From assembly GCA_965285935.1 (NCBI GenBank), contig OZ260661.1, positions 20,646,001 to 20,710,000 of the forward strand: a stretch of DNA of 64,000 nt, in the 5' to 3' direction. Both the position numbers and the translations under genes were made by a program. This document shows, in pieces, positions 1 through 14,922 of the stretch (position 1 is the stretch's first letter; every line of letters starts with the position of its first letter). Under the pieces are notes generated by a model that did no database searches, was not told the origin of the DNA, and worked only from the letters and a program-made list of their open reading frames with translations. Origin of the DNA: Ophelia neglecta. Taxonomy: Eukaryota.

Positions 1-1023
1 TTGAAACTTGTTCCAGTAATTCCAACTAAATCTATGTTTGCATTTAGCGAAAAGTCATATGAATAATGTTTCTTTACAATAAAAAAACAGAAAATCGATT
101 GTTATAAACATCCCAAATGGTAGCCATTAAACATGCATATATTTTTATGCCTTAGCATTGCATTTCTTGCGTGTCCCGCATACACACGTTTTCTAGATGT
201 TTTATTCGTTTATCCTTTTCCAGTTCGTCATTTAAGTACCTAAGTTTTTCCGTTCACGCACCAGGTTTCCAAGCAAGCAAAGAAAAGATTTAACTTCAAT
301 AGCCTACACTTTACCTCTAAAAATAAAGATAAGTGCCACCGTATACGAGGCGTTGTAAAAGGAAGCTTTGCCACCACCTTCAATGCGGAATATAAATCAA
401 ATACTCATATATTGATTTACATTGATGGTTCTTCCAAGCTGCTGACTAAAGTAATTCTTTTCCCACCTAGCGAGCCGGTGACACACTTTACTTGGGTAAA
501 ACAGGTGAGGATCGGTTTAAATCAACAAGTGAATCAACAACACGTGGGCGCATGTATGGGCAAGTGCAACAAGCTTATAGGTCAACTGCGCGTTTGGCCG
601 CACTATCTGATGATGCCAAACTTGGTAGTTTTGTCCATAGCTTATGCATTAATTGTTCTTGATGAGAAATATAGATTCCACAAACCTCAGTCAGCATACA
701 CTCACTTCACGCGCCTTTGATTATCCTACAAACAGTTTGTTTACTTGTCAGCTGGAAAGCAGCTGCCAAAGTTTTATATAAGCAGTATACAACATAGTTA
801 CAAATTCTGACCGCTTATAATGTTCACGATCTCAAGATTATTCTCGCAATAGTATAGTCGAGGTCAAGTAAGCGATGATTCCATTTCTCTTTCGGCAAGC
901 CTTTAGATTGGCTAGGACTTCACGAATAAATAATTGCCTAACTATGCAGCAACAATGCTACGCTGATTAAGGAATCATGCATGCACTAAGAACATAACCA
1001 TTTTAGGGACCCTCATTCGTGTA

Positions 1024-1112
1024 CCCGTGATTGATCAGTTGGTAGAGCGGGATACTGTAGTGGTAAACTGATTGATATCTCTAGGTCACTGGTTCGACTT
1101 CGGTTCGCGGGA
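1024..1112 (+). pseudogene. tRNA-Tyr(GTA), intron-containing, degenerate copy
   Basis: 89-nt match to the local tRNA-Tyr consensus. D-arm/A-box (TTGATC for TAGCTC), anticodon stem (GATAC for GAGAC) and T-stem are substituted. Followed by a T-run. Confidence 0.8.
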
Positions 1113-1183
1113 AAATTTTTTTTTGAAATATATATATGGATGAAGGTTCCAAAAACCTATCGACTGTTATGAATTTGTTTTGA

Positions 1184-1405
1184 TTTGGATTTTTGGGGCT
1201 TAACGACACATAGACACCATGTGGGTCATTTAGTGTCTTAAGTTGGGTATAGTTTATTGTTCATTGTACTGTCTATTTTTATTTACATGGGGATATTCGT
1301 AAGAAGTAAGAGGTTATTGAGCTCTATTTTATAAAAAAAAATCTTCTAGGTGGGTGGGTCAGATGTTTTTCTGACTAAAATGTGTTAAAGGAACATAAAA
1401 ATTTG
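1184..1405 (-). mobile_element. 5'-truncated LINE 3'UTR fragment (same family as 17727-18383 and 62601-63125)
   Basis: Reverse complement of the 3' UTR/tail of the 17.7-kb copy (…GTCGTTAAGCCCCAAAAATCCAAA). Flanked by the 13-bp direct repeat GAATTTGTTTTGA (1171-1183 and 1406-1418). Confidence 0.85.
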
Positions 1406-4400
1406 GAATTTGTTTTGAGGTTGACTTTCTGGATACACACCTCTGTCTGGCAAAGAAAATGCATCTCAAACAAGTACTCAGCCTGTTCGTCTGCTTTAGA
1501 TTTAGGCTTACTAGTTTTTACAAGTTCTTTGAAGTTGTGGTCGGTAAAGCATCATTTAATGTCATGAGGATACGAGCAAGCATGTATGATAATGTTGCAA
1601 GAAAGTATTTCCATTTTCTTTCGAAGACATTAATTAATTTAAGGTGTAATAGAAGTCATGAGTCAAAAACTAATTGAATCGTTATCTGTGAATTTCGGAA
1701 ACTTGAATCAGTTGTAAAACTACAATAGAATATGGCGAAAACTGTATATTTAAGTACTACTGCATGAATTATTTTGGTGACAGATTTGATTAATGTTCAT
1801 ACTGTGTGGAACATTAAAACAGAAAAGACTGGTGGCCCTCTAAATGTAATTCGCCTATGGTCTACTTTAATTACTATTATATTATAGATTAACAGATACA
1901 ACTGTATAATCAATCTAAACTTGGTCAGTCTGCTACCTGAATGGTCGTTTGCCAATAGACGAGATTTGCGCAACAGTCTCCCCCCCCCCCCCCTATACTT
2001 GTATTGCGATTGGTGATGCTAAATTCTGCCGGTAGACAACTTTGATGACATGAGCACAAATGATAACAGCCCCTTTTTATTATCTATAATATCAATAGTA
2101 TATGTTATTTATGTATTTTCATTACGTTACTGTTTGAAGCCGGTAATTGATCTGGAGATGGATATTTGTTTGCTGATGTCTTCAAACCGATTGAACAGAG
2201 TATTCGTGATCAATTATGTTGGTTTGTCTGTCGCGTTTGCACTCCCGACTAAATATTCTGATGATATAAAGAAAAAAATAGCAGTCCTTCATCTGGTGTT
2301 GCCTTCATGCCTGATTTAACTGGTTTCCCTATGCCCTGGGGAAACACCGAATTACACTAAAAGACCTGATCACACAATCCAAGTTTAAAGAATTTCAAAC
2401 AACGCTCGGTTGAACTTTTGTACAAACGCAAAAACTATACTGCACAAGAAACATTGATGTGATTTTAAAGAAACCCTTCAGAACAAATATGATTAAAAAA
2501 TATTCTTGGGTTAGAAATACTTAATATCACCAATTAAATCCTTCACCGCTATAAATGACCAATCAAACAACTACATAGGATTTTCCATAAATACATAAAA
2601 AAAACACATGCCATATAAAATTATTACAAATGCCCAAAATCTCTTATTGTTTAATATTGTTCGTCATATTTACTATGTAATGTTCACCGAGCTGATATAA
2701 AAAGATTAATGCTCTGTTTCTGTTCTTATTGTGTACGTCGAAGAAACTATGTCTCAAAGAGGCAGCCAGCAAAAACGGCAAATGGTATAGCTGGCATCCG
2801 AAATAAATATATATAATTCAATTCAAGGCAGCTCACAGTGTTTGGGAAATAAGGTACTCCCAAGCAGGATGATGACTTTGCATTGGAACAATTTTTTGTT
2901 AGCATTTGGCTTGTGTAAGTAAAGCATTTCAATTTTCAACCAGGGACAAATAGCTTGCCCGCATCAGATGCGTTTTCTCGAAATCTGCGTCACATATTAT
3001 CTATCAATTTATTGATTTTTCATGATTGTACCTAGCGAGAATTATTTTCAATAGCCCCTATTGTTTTAGCCAATGGATATTAACAGGACAAATACTTTAG
3101 TACTGTTGGTAACTTTAAACAGCTCAAACCAAGACTATTAATTCTTAGTATTAACATTTCACTCAAAGGTTAATAGTAGTCATGGGTGAAATCCCCATGT
3201 CATTGTGACATATTTAACCCTCAAGACGGGCGGTTCTATTTATAGGAAAGTTAGAGGAAATACGTATGAAATTTGTGCGAATATCACACAAAAGTTATTT
3301 TTTTAATATGAAAAAGAATTAATCAATTTTGTCTGGTAAAGAATGACCAGTTTTCAAACTAAAGAGTCCTTATGGGAAATTTAAGGGAAACTGATACTGT
3401 GTGCTGAATCATGACTTCTATTAAAATCCAGGGTATTCTTCTTTCAAGCAATTTGCAGTACTTTGCCCGGCGTGCCACAATAAAACTGGCTCCCTATACA
3501 CGTTACATGGAGAAGCTGTAGTCCGGTTTTATCGCTCTCAAGTCGCAGTTGAATCGAAATGAATATTTGTTGATTTCCTTCATAGGGCATACCCCTTTTT
3601 TTCTCTTCATTTACGTCCAAATGGGCCTTAACAGTTGATTTTCAAATTATTGTGGTTTAGAGCGAAAGTGATCTTAATTTGGTATTCTTTGTACACAAAG
3701 GTTTCAAGAAGGTTATTACCTATTGGATGATTAGCGGAGGTGCGCACGCTTGTATGTAATGTGGATTCCGGGAAGTAGATCCGTACTTTATCCTATATAT
3801 GGTATGAGATATCCTTGACAAAAAGACATTATTCATCTCATTTTCGTCCTCCTAGTTGTGAATTCAAGGATGCATAGAATATAAATTCCAAATAAAAGAG
3901 AGGAGGAAAGCTGCTTAACGGTATATATCCGCAAGGAAGACGGCCAATAAACTATATTTGAAGAAGAAGATATAACATTTCCTATATTACTATGAAAACA
4001 GATCGAAAATATGTGTGAAGCCAAACGAATATGACATTAAACATTGACTGCAAATAGCTCCATAAGGATAATACATAGCGTTTTTACTGAATCGTAGTGG
4101 ATTCGAGTACTGTGTAAACAATATAACTATGTCATGGCTGCTCAGCTCGCTGTCAGCTTGCTGTGTGTAGCCCGAAGCTAAAGCCCTGCTGCTGTCTAAC
4201 AACATCCGACTCATTCACCACGGGTTGGGCTTTTAACACCGGTTCTTGCTGAAACGCTGAAAGACGTGTGTGTTAGCTAGGGCCGAGGTTTATACCACGG
4301 GTCGAATGTAGGAATATTGGTTAGGTATATAAGTAAAAACAACTTACTTCTTCGGGATTACTGCCACTATGATTGATAACTGTCCCTTAGTATAGAATAC

Positions 4401-7400
4401 TGTTTATTAGTCGTTGCAAGTACAATGATTCAGTCAATTGAATGGCGTCACGTATGATGAGCATTTATACAAACTTCTCGTTTACACACTGTATAATATG
4501 ACATAGATTCATGTTACAATGACTGGTAGTGGACATTCAGAAATACATTTTGGACATAGATCATTTAATTTCGCGGTACATGTGTGTTCTTGTGCGATAT
4601 ACAGAATATATTTGTGCCATTGATTACAGATGTCGTTTTTTATTATGACAATGCCAAAATGGCGTTTTTGCCCTAAGCGAATGTGGTTCCAGGGTTCCAT
4701 TCTGTAAGTTTGATCAGACAAAAGCCTATGCATAATTAAAAGAATATCCATTACAAGATAAGTTTATCTGGTTGATGACGCACAAGACAATAACCATTAG
4801 AGATTCGTATGATAGCATTGAATATAATGTATCATTGTGTACTTTCCACAAATAATGTATTAGGTACAATGTTGCACCTAACAATGTATCTGAGTGACAG
4901 TAATGCTTGTTAATGTCGGAAAAAATGTTAATGTTTCAAATACCGATTGTTATTATAGTTGATCTGTTTAAATGCCATGACGGTTGAGAGTAGGAGGTTT
5001 GTAATTCCCTCATTAGGATACGTGTGTATTTACGATGACTTATCAAATGTCAGTGGATTTCCGGCCAACACTGTAAAATCCTTAATAGATATAGTCCATT
5101 AAATAAAGATACCGGGTTAATGGATGGCTCAAATCCTCTATATTCGCAGAGGGAGGGAGAAAAACGTCCAGCGCGCTCTCTCCCCCTTGATGAAATAAAA
5201 TTGGAGTCACTTTATCCAAGAATGTTTGTCAGTTGAAAATATGTTCAAATCTCGCAATAATCCCAAAAATTCGCAAAAAAACAAAAACCACTACTCTCGA
5301 GCCTTTTAAGGTTTAAAATATTTCCGGGTTTGTTATTATCAGTTGTAAGTTTGTTGACCCTTGACCCTTTATAATTGATCACCCATCTTCCGGTCCATCT
5401 TGTGGCCATTATTCCAGATGACCTTTAAGCATAGTGTTGCTTACGGCGCCATGTAGCTTTACCATTACAGAATACCTTAAATTACTGTCATCAGTGCGAA
5501 TGTCTTTCTGTTCCAAATACTGATATGTATCCGACGACACGATGCGCTGATTACGTATATCCTGATAAATTTGGACAGAATTAAAAGACCATGCGCGTTT
5601 AAAAGGATTTAACTATGTCTGCCGAGTATCCAATCCTGTTTATATTAGCCTAAGGTGAGTAGTATGGTTTATTTTCTCTCACCGATGGCCATTTTATTCA
5701 TTGTGCGAATAAGTCCATTCCTAGTCTTCTGCCTAAACGTGCTGATAATTGTGTCATAAAAAACACACACTCCCTATTACCCTAAGGTGGGTATGCCGCA
5801 GTATGGCTCATTTTCACTCACCGATAGCCATTTATTGCTAACGGTGTGCGAATAGGTCCTTTCCTTTACAATGCAACAGTCATGCATGGCTTGCCCATAC
5901 CAGCAGCAGATTTTACTTATGTCTATACCCTCAGAAGTGAGTATTACGGGGAAAACGGACTGCTGAGGCGTCTTTCCCTGTAATGCTGACTTCTTCGGGC
6001 ATTAAATATTACGTAGCGCGTTACTACTGTGTTTATTTGTGCCCGTAATTTGATTTTCAGCGCCTTTATTCAGGGTTAGTCGTACATTCTTCAAACAAGG
6101 GAGTATAAAAATGTACCGATATTTTGTTTTAATTTTTCGAAAACAAGCCACTCCTGCATCATTGAGAAGTGTCCATTCGGATATGAAATAGAGACCAACA
6201 AATTAAGTTTGCATAGTTGCATTCCAAATGATAATGCTGGGAGAAGACGGATAGAATTCTCCGTTTGAAATATCAAAATTGATAGCAGGCATTTTGATAC
6301 TGCTAATCCAGGTTGGCTTAAGCTTAGGGACGGACCCTTAGAAAACTTGGGGTGTTGGATGATTAGATCATTGCTGGGGGAGGGCATGTTTGTCGGCTAT
6401 CCCACATTCTGAGACAGTTATTGTGTGTTTCGCCCACATTAGTAGAAAGATATATCTGTTTAACATTATAAAATATTTGTCAAAAATAAAGGCCCGCTAA
6501 ACCCCGCTTTAAACCCCGCTTTAGATCTATTAACAGGAAGAAGGACACTGACTCTGATAATTAGATCTAATGGTCTGCACATGGACAAGACCAATACCTT
6601 ACAGCAAGGTCAAGATGACTACATTTGCACCTGCGATGAAAAATTGACGCGTATTAAGTATATCACTTTTGCAAAGAGAACAAAGCCTTCTTTATCATGG
6701 AGAAGAACCTGTATGTTTTCAATATAATACATACGTGAGCCACAATTATCTTCATTGGTTTTATGTCATGATTGCATTGCTTTGCACACGAGACCCTAGA
6801 GTCCTTTAGATAACATGCCGAAGCACCTTACTCAACCCTCAAAAGCCGTCTATGCCCGGAGGACATCGTAATGATCTGGGTAATGGTTGTACATTAAGAA
6901 GCTAGACCAATTACTGTACTCCCACGATGGCTTCCTTCTATTAGTAAATGGGTGTGATATAATTTACTTTGTTTGATTCGGGTTTGCAGTAATGTAGTTC
7001 TAGGGTTTCATATTAAATATGTGTCTGCTTCAGCAAAATCTGATGTAGCATTAATGTAATCTGGATAGATTTGGCATTGCTTCATTGATTTAAAAACCAT
7101 TAAAGGTATTTCTGATAGTTCTGGAAGTACTTATAAATAATAAAGCGTATAGGCATTAGTAAATGTCACTGCTGTTGGTCCCCTAAGTTATTTGCTGAAA
7201 TGATTATAACTGCTTAATTGGAATTATTGACTTGGCCAAAGTAAATATTTCAATATGCACCTATAATATATAATTCTCGGCTCCTTCATATACGAACTCT
7301 TTTAGCAAGTGAACTATAGCATTTAGGCTTAGAAGATATTCAGGAATTGTACATGGTGAAAACATATCAGATTTTTCTGTATTATTTGTCCATCAACAAG

Positions 7401-8005
7401 AACGAAAATTAGGCTGTCGATTACTTGAACACAATCAAAGGGCAGGTTAAATGCTATATCACTTTTGCTATGTTTTTCTCATACTATGTAAGTGACTATG
7501 TAAATGAAATTACAACTGACCTTCTACCATTAACCGGGGACAAAATATACAGAAAATATATTGTGCAATTTAAAGTAAACATCAAGCTGCGCGCGACAAT
7601 TTCGTGACTTATATGCTCCTTTGCCGTGGAAAATATCGCTACGTAGATAAATTAGGGTAAATTATAGTAAATTCCGCAAATGTGTTTCAGGAAATTTACG
7701 CCAGTAGGGTATTTACCTGATTAATGCAATATTCTCGAAAATTTATTCTGGCGAATAAATCCTGACTTACGTCATCGGATTTACTTAAAGTAATTTGAAG
7801 TCGAACTGTTGGTGGCATTGTCTGCATGGCTATTTATGACGCATTAGTTAATGACTGAAGATGGCCCCATTATCAATGTGCTAATTTGGTCTTATTGCAA
7901 CACTGGTAATGGAGCTCCTTAGGTCATTGACTTTCGTAAAATCTATTTACCGACCTTAAGTATTTAGTTGGAACAAGGTAGTGTATTAAAGGCTATTGAT
8001 TAAAC

Positions 8006-8200
8006 GCGGACGTGCGGAACCTATGCGGACGCGGGGTCATGGGTATTTCGGAGTGACAGGAAGCAAAAAGGCGTCAGCAAGGCTAGCGTAAGGGCTGAGG
8101 GTTAATTTCAGGGTTAAGGGTGGAGGGCAAGGGACAAGTTTAATAGGTCTAGCGTTCTGTTCTTATTCGGGATTTACATCCGCAAGGCTCCGCACTTCCG
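8006..8200. mobile_element. Small non-autonomous element with imperfect inverted ends
   Basis: GCGGACGTGCGGAACCTATGCGGACG at the left end versus CATCCGCAAGGCTCCGCACTTCCGC at the right end, with internal GGGTTA-like repeats. Confidence 0.4.
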
Positions 8201-10774
8201 CTATATATACTGAGCTCCATTGCAAATGTGTAAAATTTGGGGGTTTTGCACGAAGGAAATTTATTTAAAGTTAATAGGAATGGCTGTGACTATGACTGTA
8301 AGGACTGGCGAACGAGGCAACATGTCGTTTTTTGCTGAATGGTGAGTGGTTGAGGTGCTTTGCATCCACCCCCACTGTGTCGCGGCTGCTCACCGCTCTC
8401 TCAGTATATGTGGCGCTGAGTTAATAGCCAGCCCCTGCGGCTGGCTTAATACATTCTGACTCATTCACTGTTAGAATCAGGCTTCCAAACTGATAGTCAC
8501 TGACGGACGCTGTAGGGTTTGTCTCATAGACAACTGACTATCAATTACTACATGTGGATTCTATGTTTACGGTCGAAGGCACTGGGATTATATACGACAG
8601 GATTCTTGTCACATTCTAGATACCGGTTTTAGCTCGGGTATTGGTTGTTGAATGCTGAAACCGTAGAAATACATAACACAATCACCAGAATGTCGTCATA
8701 TATGGTAAGTACTCGTGCCACAGCTCGTCGATACATCTCACAACACAAACTATGACGTTCGTATTAATATGAATGGTTTTGACGACGATATTTTGTTCTG
8801 CAGTTTACACCTTAGTAAATACGCAATACATATTGTTATTGATTAAATAAAATATTATATAAACGTTAGCTCTTTCCTTATCTAAGGTAAATAAGTCCTA
8901 GATACTGAACTAAACCATCTTGCCGCTGATGAAAGTTGCAATTGGCGAAGTCAGTGTCACAGCCCATCAAAAACAGGCACAGCGATTGCCCGACCTTTAC
9001 ATACCCAGCTTGTGTGTGCGTTGTGACGAATAAACGACACATTATCTGCTACAAAAAGACCTCCATCATTAAGCGTCCGTAATCCGAGCCAAAAGGGACA
9101 GGCAATGTATTATAAGAGTATTATAAGACAGCTCTGGTGTCTTGCGGCATTCCAGTGTCCTCCTTTGAATTGAGTTATATGACCAGTCACACAACTTGAG
9201 GACCACAAAGAACACTGTGTTAATACCAATATAAAGGCGAGAGACTCGTTTAAGACCGAATAGGTACATTATCAAAGTGTAAAGGGTGATAATATAAACT
9301 TATTGCTAACATGAGAGGCCAACTGTTGCACGTGTTAAGTGCCGTTTCGCTCGTTAGGACGCACCAATTGATAGCTGTTGGGGGGAGGGGGGGGGGGGTG
9401 TCTGCGAAATTTCTTCTCAAATAACATTTCTTTGCAGCAACGGAGGACAGACAAACATTAGTTTGAAAATTGGAAAAAAATCAAATGTATAATTGTTTTG
9501 TTTTGACTGCCGGTGCAGGGCTTCCAGCGTGCTGCACAGAATAGGGCTCGCCCATTTCTTTGGATTCAGTGGTGTTCCGTGTGTGCATAAAAAAAGCGCT
9601 CAAACGTCGGAGCGGCAATTCGAAGAAGACATAAACACACCTTCACAAGCCTTTAGGTTTGTATTATGGCTACTGTGACCGACGGAAATGTATAGGTAAC
9701 CATGTATCAAGCAGGCACAAAATGATAATATTACGGAGCCTGGAACAATAGAGGCTAGGGGGGGGGGGGGGGTCCCAGCCCCAGTTTAAAATTAGGCAAA
9801 GCCCGAACCACCAAAATGGCTTTGTGTTGCTATTGGAATGAGCTTCTTCCCGCATTCCGATAAATTGAAATTCCCTAGCCATCGGCTGCTTATTTTTCCA
9901 TTTTTTCGAGCATAAATTAGTTCAAACTAATTTTTCCTTTCAGCTTCAAAACTAACTATTGTGTCCAAGCAATCTGAAAACAAACAATTCCCCCCCCCCT
10001 GTCGCAGATATTAAATGGTCCGTCCCTGAGATGGTGCTAAACTTCTTAAGGGAAGAGTCAAGCCTTAACAGGAGTCGACCACTGAAGGCATTATTCATTT
10101 CAGCGACATATTATAGCTTCATTCACCATAAACTTACAGGGATATCATTAACCTAAGCACCCAATTTTGTTCACATTCTGTTATTCTCCGGCCCTTCGAT
10201 GCATAAGTAAGGTATCTTAAATTGTAATTTTGTAGCTGGGATCTTCTCGTATGGCTGAATATTTGTCTTAACAAAAGGTCGCCTATGGCTGCCTGTCGTC
10301 TGCGATTCACCCGAAAAGTACACGTTTCTGCTCGTTTCTACAGTGAATGTTATTTTTTTTACGATCGAAATAACGTTTGACGGTATTTTAAAGTCTGTAA
10401 ATACTTGTAAGTCGCCGATATTTTGGCTTATGACTTTAGTAAGTTATTATGCTCCTCTGTAAATGTCAATGCACCTCAAGCGCCAACCAGCCATAGCCCA
10501 AGGCTCCCACTCCCAACTTCAATTTAGCCATAGAGCAACAAGTTGAAATGGTTTATTTATTATTTCTAATCAGTATATTCATTCAATTAGTTATGACCTC
10601 ATTTCCTCGAAAGTGGTTATGCGCCCTTTATCCTGTGTGATAAACATGGACAATCAGAAAAAATTTATCCTTAAAAGTAAACAATAATAATTCATGCTAT
10701 CGTTAGTGTACACCTAGGTATCATTTTGTATCAAATGAATCGCATTCCGATACCACAACCACCAGTTCGTAGAT

Positions 10775-11053
10775 GTTGTTGTTGTTCGGGGTTTTTACGT
10801 GGCTTTCAACACTAGGTCATATCGCCCCAGTGCCTTCTAGTGACAGTGGGCTTAGTGCCCTCTTTAGAGTGCTGCCTCACTGGAGTACCTGCCGTAGACA
10901 CCAGACAAAGAACGCCACCCAGTCACATTATACTGACACCGGGTTGACCAGTCCTGATACTACCCCCGAAATACCGGGCGACTGGCAGGGGAGCTATCAG
11001 TACCTATTTTTACGTCTTAGGTCTGACGCAATCGAGCTTCGAACCACGATCTC
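10775..11053 (-). mobile_element. SINE, 5'-truncated, MetaSINE-like central domain
   Basis: 13-bp TSD CCAGTTCGTAGAT (10762-10774 and 11054-11066), (CAA)n tail and B-box-like GGTTCGAAGC on the minus strand. Core GGACTGGTCAACCCGGTGTCAGTATAATGTGACTGGGTG. Second copy at 44319-44563. The Meta-domain assignment is from recall. Confidence 0.75.
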
Positions 11054-14000
11054 CCAGTTCGTAGATCCCTAGCAGACGACCAAACAATCATTAAAAATTA
11101 CCACATACTGTCATAGCAGCCAAAAATCAAACTACTCCAATTCAGAAGCTTCAATTATAGCAAAATTGAAATAAGTCGATGGCAATTTATTCTAAATAAG
11201 ATAACATGCAGTGAGACAATGGGGTGCATTGATGTTAGGGCTTAGATCTTAAGCGTGTTCAAAAAAGATTAAACAGTGAAGTTACTGTGGAGAGGGTATT
11301 GCTTCACCATTATTCCAATTATAGTAATCTGATCTCTTTTTCATTTCACGGGTTTCTGTTATACTAATGTACAATTCCCTACTTTTATTCAACACAACTA
11401 GATTTTGGTTTATTGTTTAACTTGGAGGATCAATGTGATATACTAGTAAAAACAATATTTTTTCTTCGAATTCTATCGTAAAGGAAATAGTTAAATTGTG
11501 TTTTGTTAGACACGGGTTCAATTAAATCCTTTTTTGTGATGAATCGTTTTTCTGGAAACTGACCTCCCATCAATTTGTTATACACAGTGCCAGTGGTTAA
11601 TGATTAAAAGCCTTCCCTTCTGACTCCTCCCAGACCACCTGCTTTTACTGTTTTCGCTATGTTTGCTTACCACTGGGTAGACAAATTTTAATCATTTGTT
11701 ATTGTTGTCATTTGCGGCGACAGAACTCAGTATTTGAAATCATGCTAGGGTGTACATTGTCTCCTGATACACGGGCGTCCGTGAGCTTCTCGTTCCATCT
11801 TTTACAGCAAATTTCCTAAACGTTTCCTTTCTCCAATCCATTTTGCTAGCTATCTTTGGATTTCTTTGTTCACAATTTCTATATCGGATACTGTGAACTA
11901 CTCTTCGTCTTAATGCCCTGGTCAAATATATCTGGTAAAATTAAATGACTGAATGAAATATCTTTTGTTTGCACTTTAGGCTGTGTATGACTTCATCACT
12001 AAGAAAATCTGTTGTAAATGGTGACTGATGCAGCAATTGTTTATGAGCTTGGATTCATTTTGTATGAACGTTCGGGGGGGGGGGGGGGGGGGGGGTAGTA
12101 GATTTCGCCTGAGAGTGCCCGATTGCGGCTGCTGAGTATAAATCTGTGGCTGAAACATCTGATGATGTCTCTCTCAATGTTCAACTGCGAAATAACCGCT
12201 TATATGCATGTTATGCATTAAGGCGGTATACGAATGTTTAATGGTTTGCTGTGCTCGCTTTGCAATTTCCAATAAATAAAGTCATTCCTCCCGAGGCTTT
12301 GGCGCTAACTCAATGTCGAATTACTAACATCAATGGTTTGTCAGCTCCCGGGCGTGAAGGAAAAAAGAACTCAGGTTGCCTCATGGCCACCTCAGGTGGT
12401 GGATTTGATTTACTTCAAATGTCGAAGTGTGATAGCAAAATACACAGGAGAAGCAAGGCCACCGATCATCGTATTAAAGCTCCCCTGTTAGACATCCTGA
12501 CGTTATAAATGTAAGCGATAAAAAACATTTTTGTTCACGTAATGAATAATATCGTGGTTACCATGACATGGTAAACAAAGCCGATGCAGCCCAGGGCACC
12601 ATGTTATTTGAAAACGCTGATCCCGGGGCATGCCTTAATAAAGTTTTAACTATGCACATAAAGGGTTGCCAATACAGTCCAAAAAGTTCATTAAATAATA
12701 TATATGGAGAAAAATTTGGGACCATGGGTATGACTAAGCGGGTCCTATTAAGTCATGAGAGAGTTTACACCGTCATATCCTCTATTGGGACATATTCCAT
12801 CTGTGTACTTCTTTGACCTGTGTCTTTTTGAAAAAAAATATGGGACTCCGAGAATGACTTAACGGGTTTCATATGGAGTTCACTTAAGTCTTGAGAGAGT
12901 TTACACCATCAGAGTCTTTCCTGGGAAATATTAGCCTCGTTGTCTTGGGACATATTCCATCTGTGACCTAGTTTGACCTCTGACTTTTTGAAAAAAATAT
13001 TGGACCCCGGGAATGACTAAGCGGGTTATATATGGAGTTCATTTAAGACTTGATGTCTTATGTCTTCCTACACTCAACCCCCCCCCCCATCAGCACCACG
13101 CCCTCCCCTCCCCCCCCCCACACACACCACTTACCCTCATATACGTCACCATATAGCAAGGTAATTGAAGTGCCACCCGTCCCCGCCCTGTCATCAAACA
13201 TCGAATGCCATCGATGCAGCAGGATTTCTTCAAAACCTCTTTTCATTTATATTCCACTTTGCCCTGAAGCGAGCAAAAGCTATTTGCATTCCATATATTA
13301 CTATATAAACCCTGGTCACGTAGCGTTGAGTGAGACATATCTCTTCTCAATACTTAAGATGTAGCTAAGATAGCTCTGGAGAACTTGCATGTTTAGCTAC
13401 TTCTATCATTCCACTGGCGTCATTCCTTTTCCTCATTTTACTGGCTGACTCTATGGCCAAGGTCTTCCAAATATGACCTTCTGGGTTAGTTGCTTGGTAA
13501 ATGTTGCTGGGTATTTTCGTATTATTTAGCAGTGAATTTTGTTCACATTTTGATTGATCACTGTCTTGAATTTACAAACTATACTACTTCTATGTCACGC
13601 AGCACGCAGAGATCTGACCTAGGGGCCAACTCTCACTCCAATACACAAAGAGTCAACCGAGATAAAACTTTATCAGAACATTTTGGTTTAGGCTGACTCC
13701 CAGCCGAAGAGCTTTTGTTATCTTTATTCTGCAACTTAATAATTTTGACACCCTTTTTCTCTTTAATATGCAATACCTTTTACGTCCTTCTCTTTGCTTG
13801 TGTTTATTGAAGAAAATCATTTTGTCTCTAAATTTTACAAAAAGCATAGACTACCATAGACCAAGGGCATATTTCACAGACTCGTTTGTTGTGAGTAACA
13901 GCCGGGTTGAAACAAGAGCATTTGCTGGCAATAACAAATGATAACAATATGGATTGTTTGCCATCACTGTCACCACTGAATTTAATGAACAATCCCGTTG

Positions 14001-14744
14001 ATCCGTTTCTATGTGCCAGCATACTGTCTGACCTTTACAATACCTTTCAGATCTCCACATATCACAGTATTGAATGCCACTGAAGCCAGGGGAAGCGGAT
14101 GTAACATTGTACGACAGATATATTAATACACATACCAGTAGTGCTGCATTGCATGGTATAGAACTCGGGACAACTGGATAATCAATATACACATTGTATC
14201 TATGGGGAAACTGCAGTAAGGACGTATGACACACAGTTCCTGTACAACATCTATCAAGGACATGGTAAGTGTACTTTATTATTTGACTTACAGTTAATGC
14301 CTAGGTTTTTTCCATCAACAGATAAAGGCCCAATTCGGGGAATTTCTCGCATCTTTTAATTCCGTAAGAAGAGAAGAACAATCTGTGCAGGTTCACTAAC
14401 TATTCTGAATAAAACGATAGGCGAAATTGGCTGTCTTTGTAATGTGCACGAAATAAGCCTACTTTAAGGGCAAACTAAGACTACATTGTGCGCGAAATTG
14501 AACCCTTCGCCAACTACGCCAAATTTGACCTAGTTCAAGATACCTTTCTGACAGGGACATATCGTGATGACATGAACTTAGTAGATGGTCACTTTGGCAA
14601 ATGTTATGTAGAATATGTTAATTAGCAAGAATTATCCTGATTAATAGTAGATAAAGTTATTACATTACGGAGAAATTTATGTATATTTGCATTAATGATA
14701 TCATAGAACGGTTGAATGTCGATGCATTGAAAATTTGTTGACTA

Positions 14745-14922
14745 CAGTGAAACCTGTAATGTAAGACCACTCAATGGACTGTTAAATACTGGTAGATTAT
14801 ACTGATGGTCTGTTTACTCAGGTTATTTGACATTTAAAGTGTATACTATGGCCTTCTTTTCAGTGGTCTGAATTTGGCGTGTGGTCTGAATATAGAGGTG
14901 GTCTTTAAGACAGGTATCACTG
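14745..14922. mobile_element. Tigger/pogo-type MITE
   Basis: TA|CAGTGAAACCTG…CAGGTATCACTG|TA with internal GACCAC/GTGGTC motifs, about 178 bp. Confidence 0.85.

Noticed and set aside
8090-8125. Telomere-like GGGTTA repeats
   Set aside because: Few, degenerate, and internal to a small repeat element.
9070-9275. Possible CR1/L2 ORF2 3' remnant
   Set aside because: Too degenerate to support by eye.
14045-14270. Possible decayed exon (FN3-like wording, ending in GTAAGT)
   Set aside because: Stops in the forward frames and no convincing motif.
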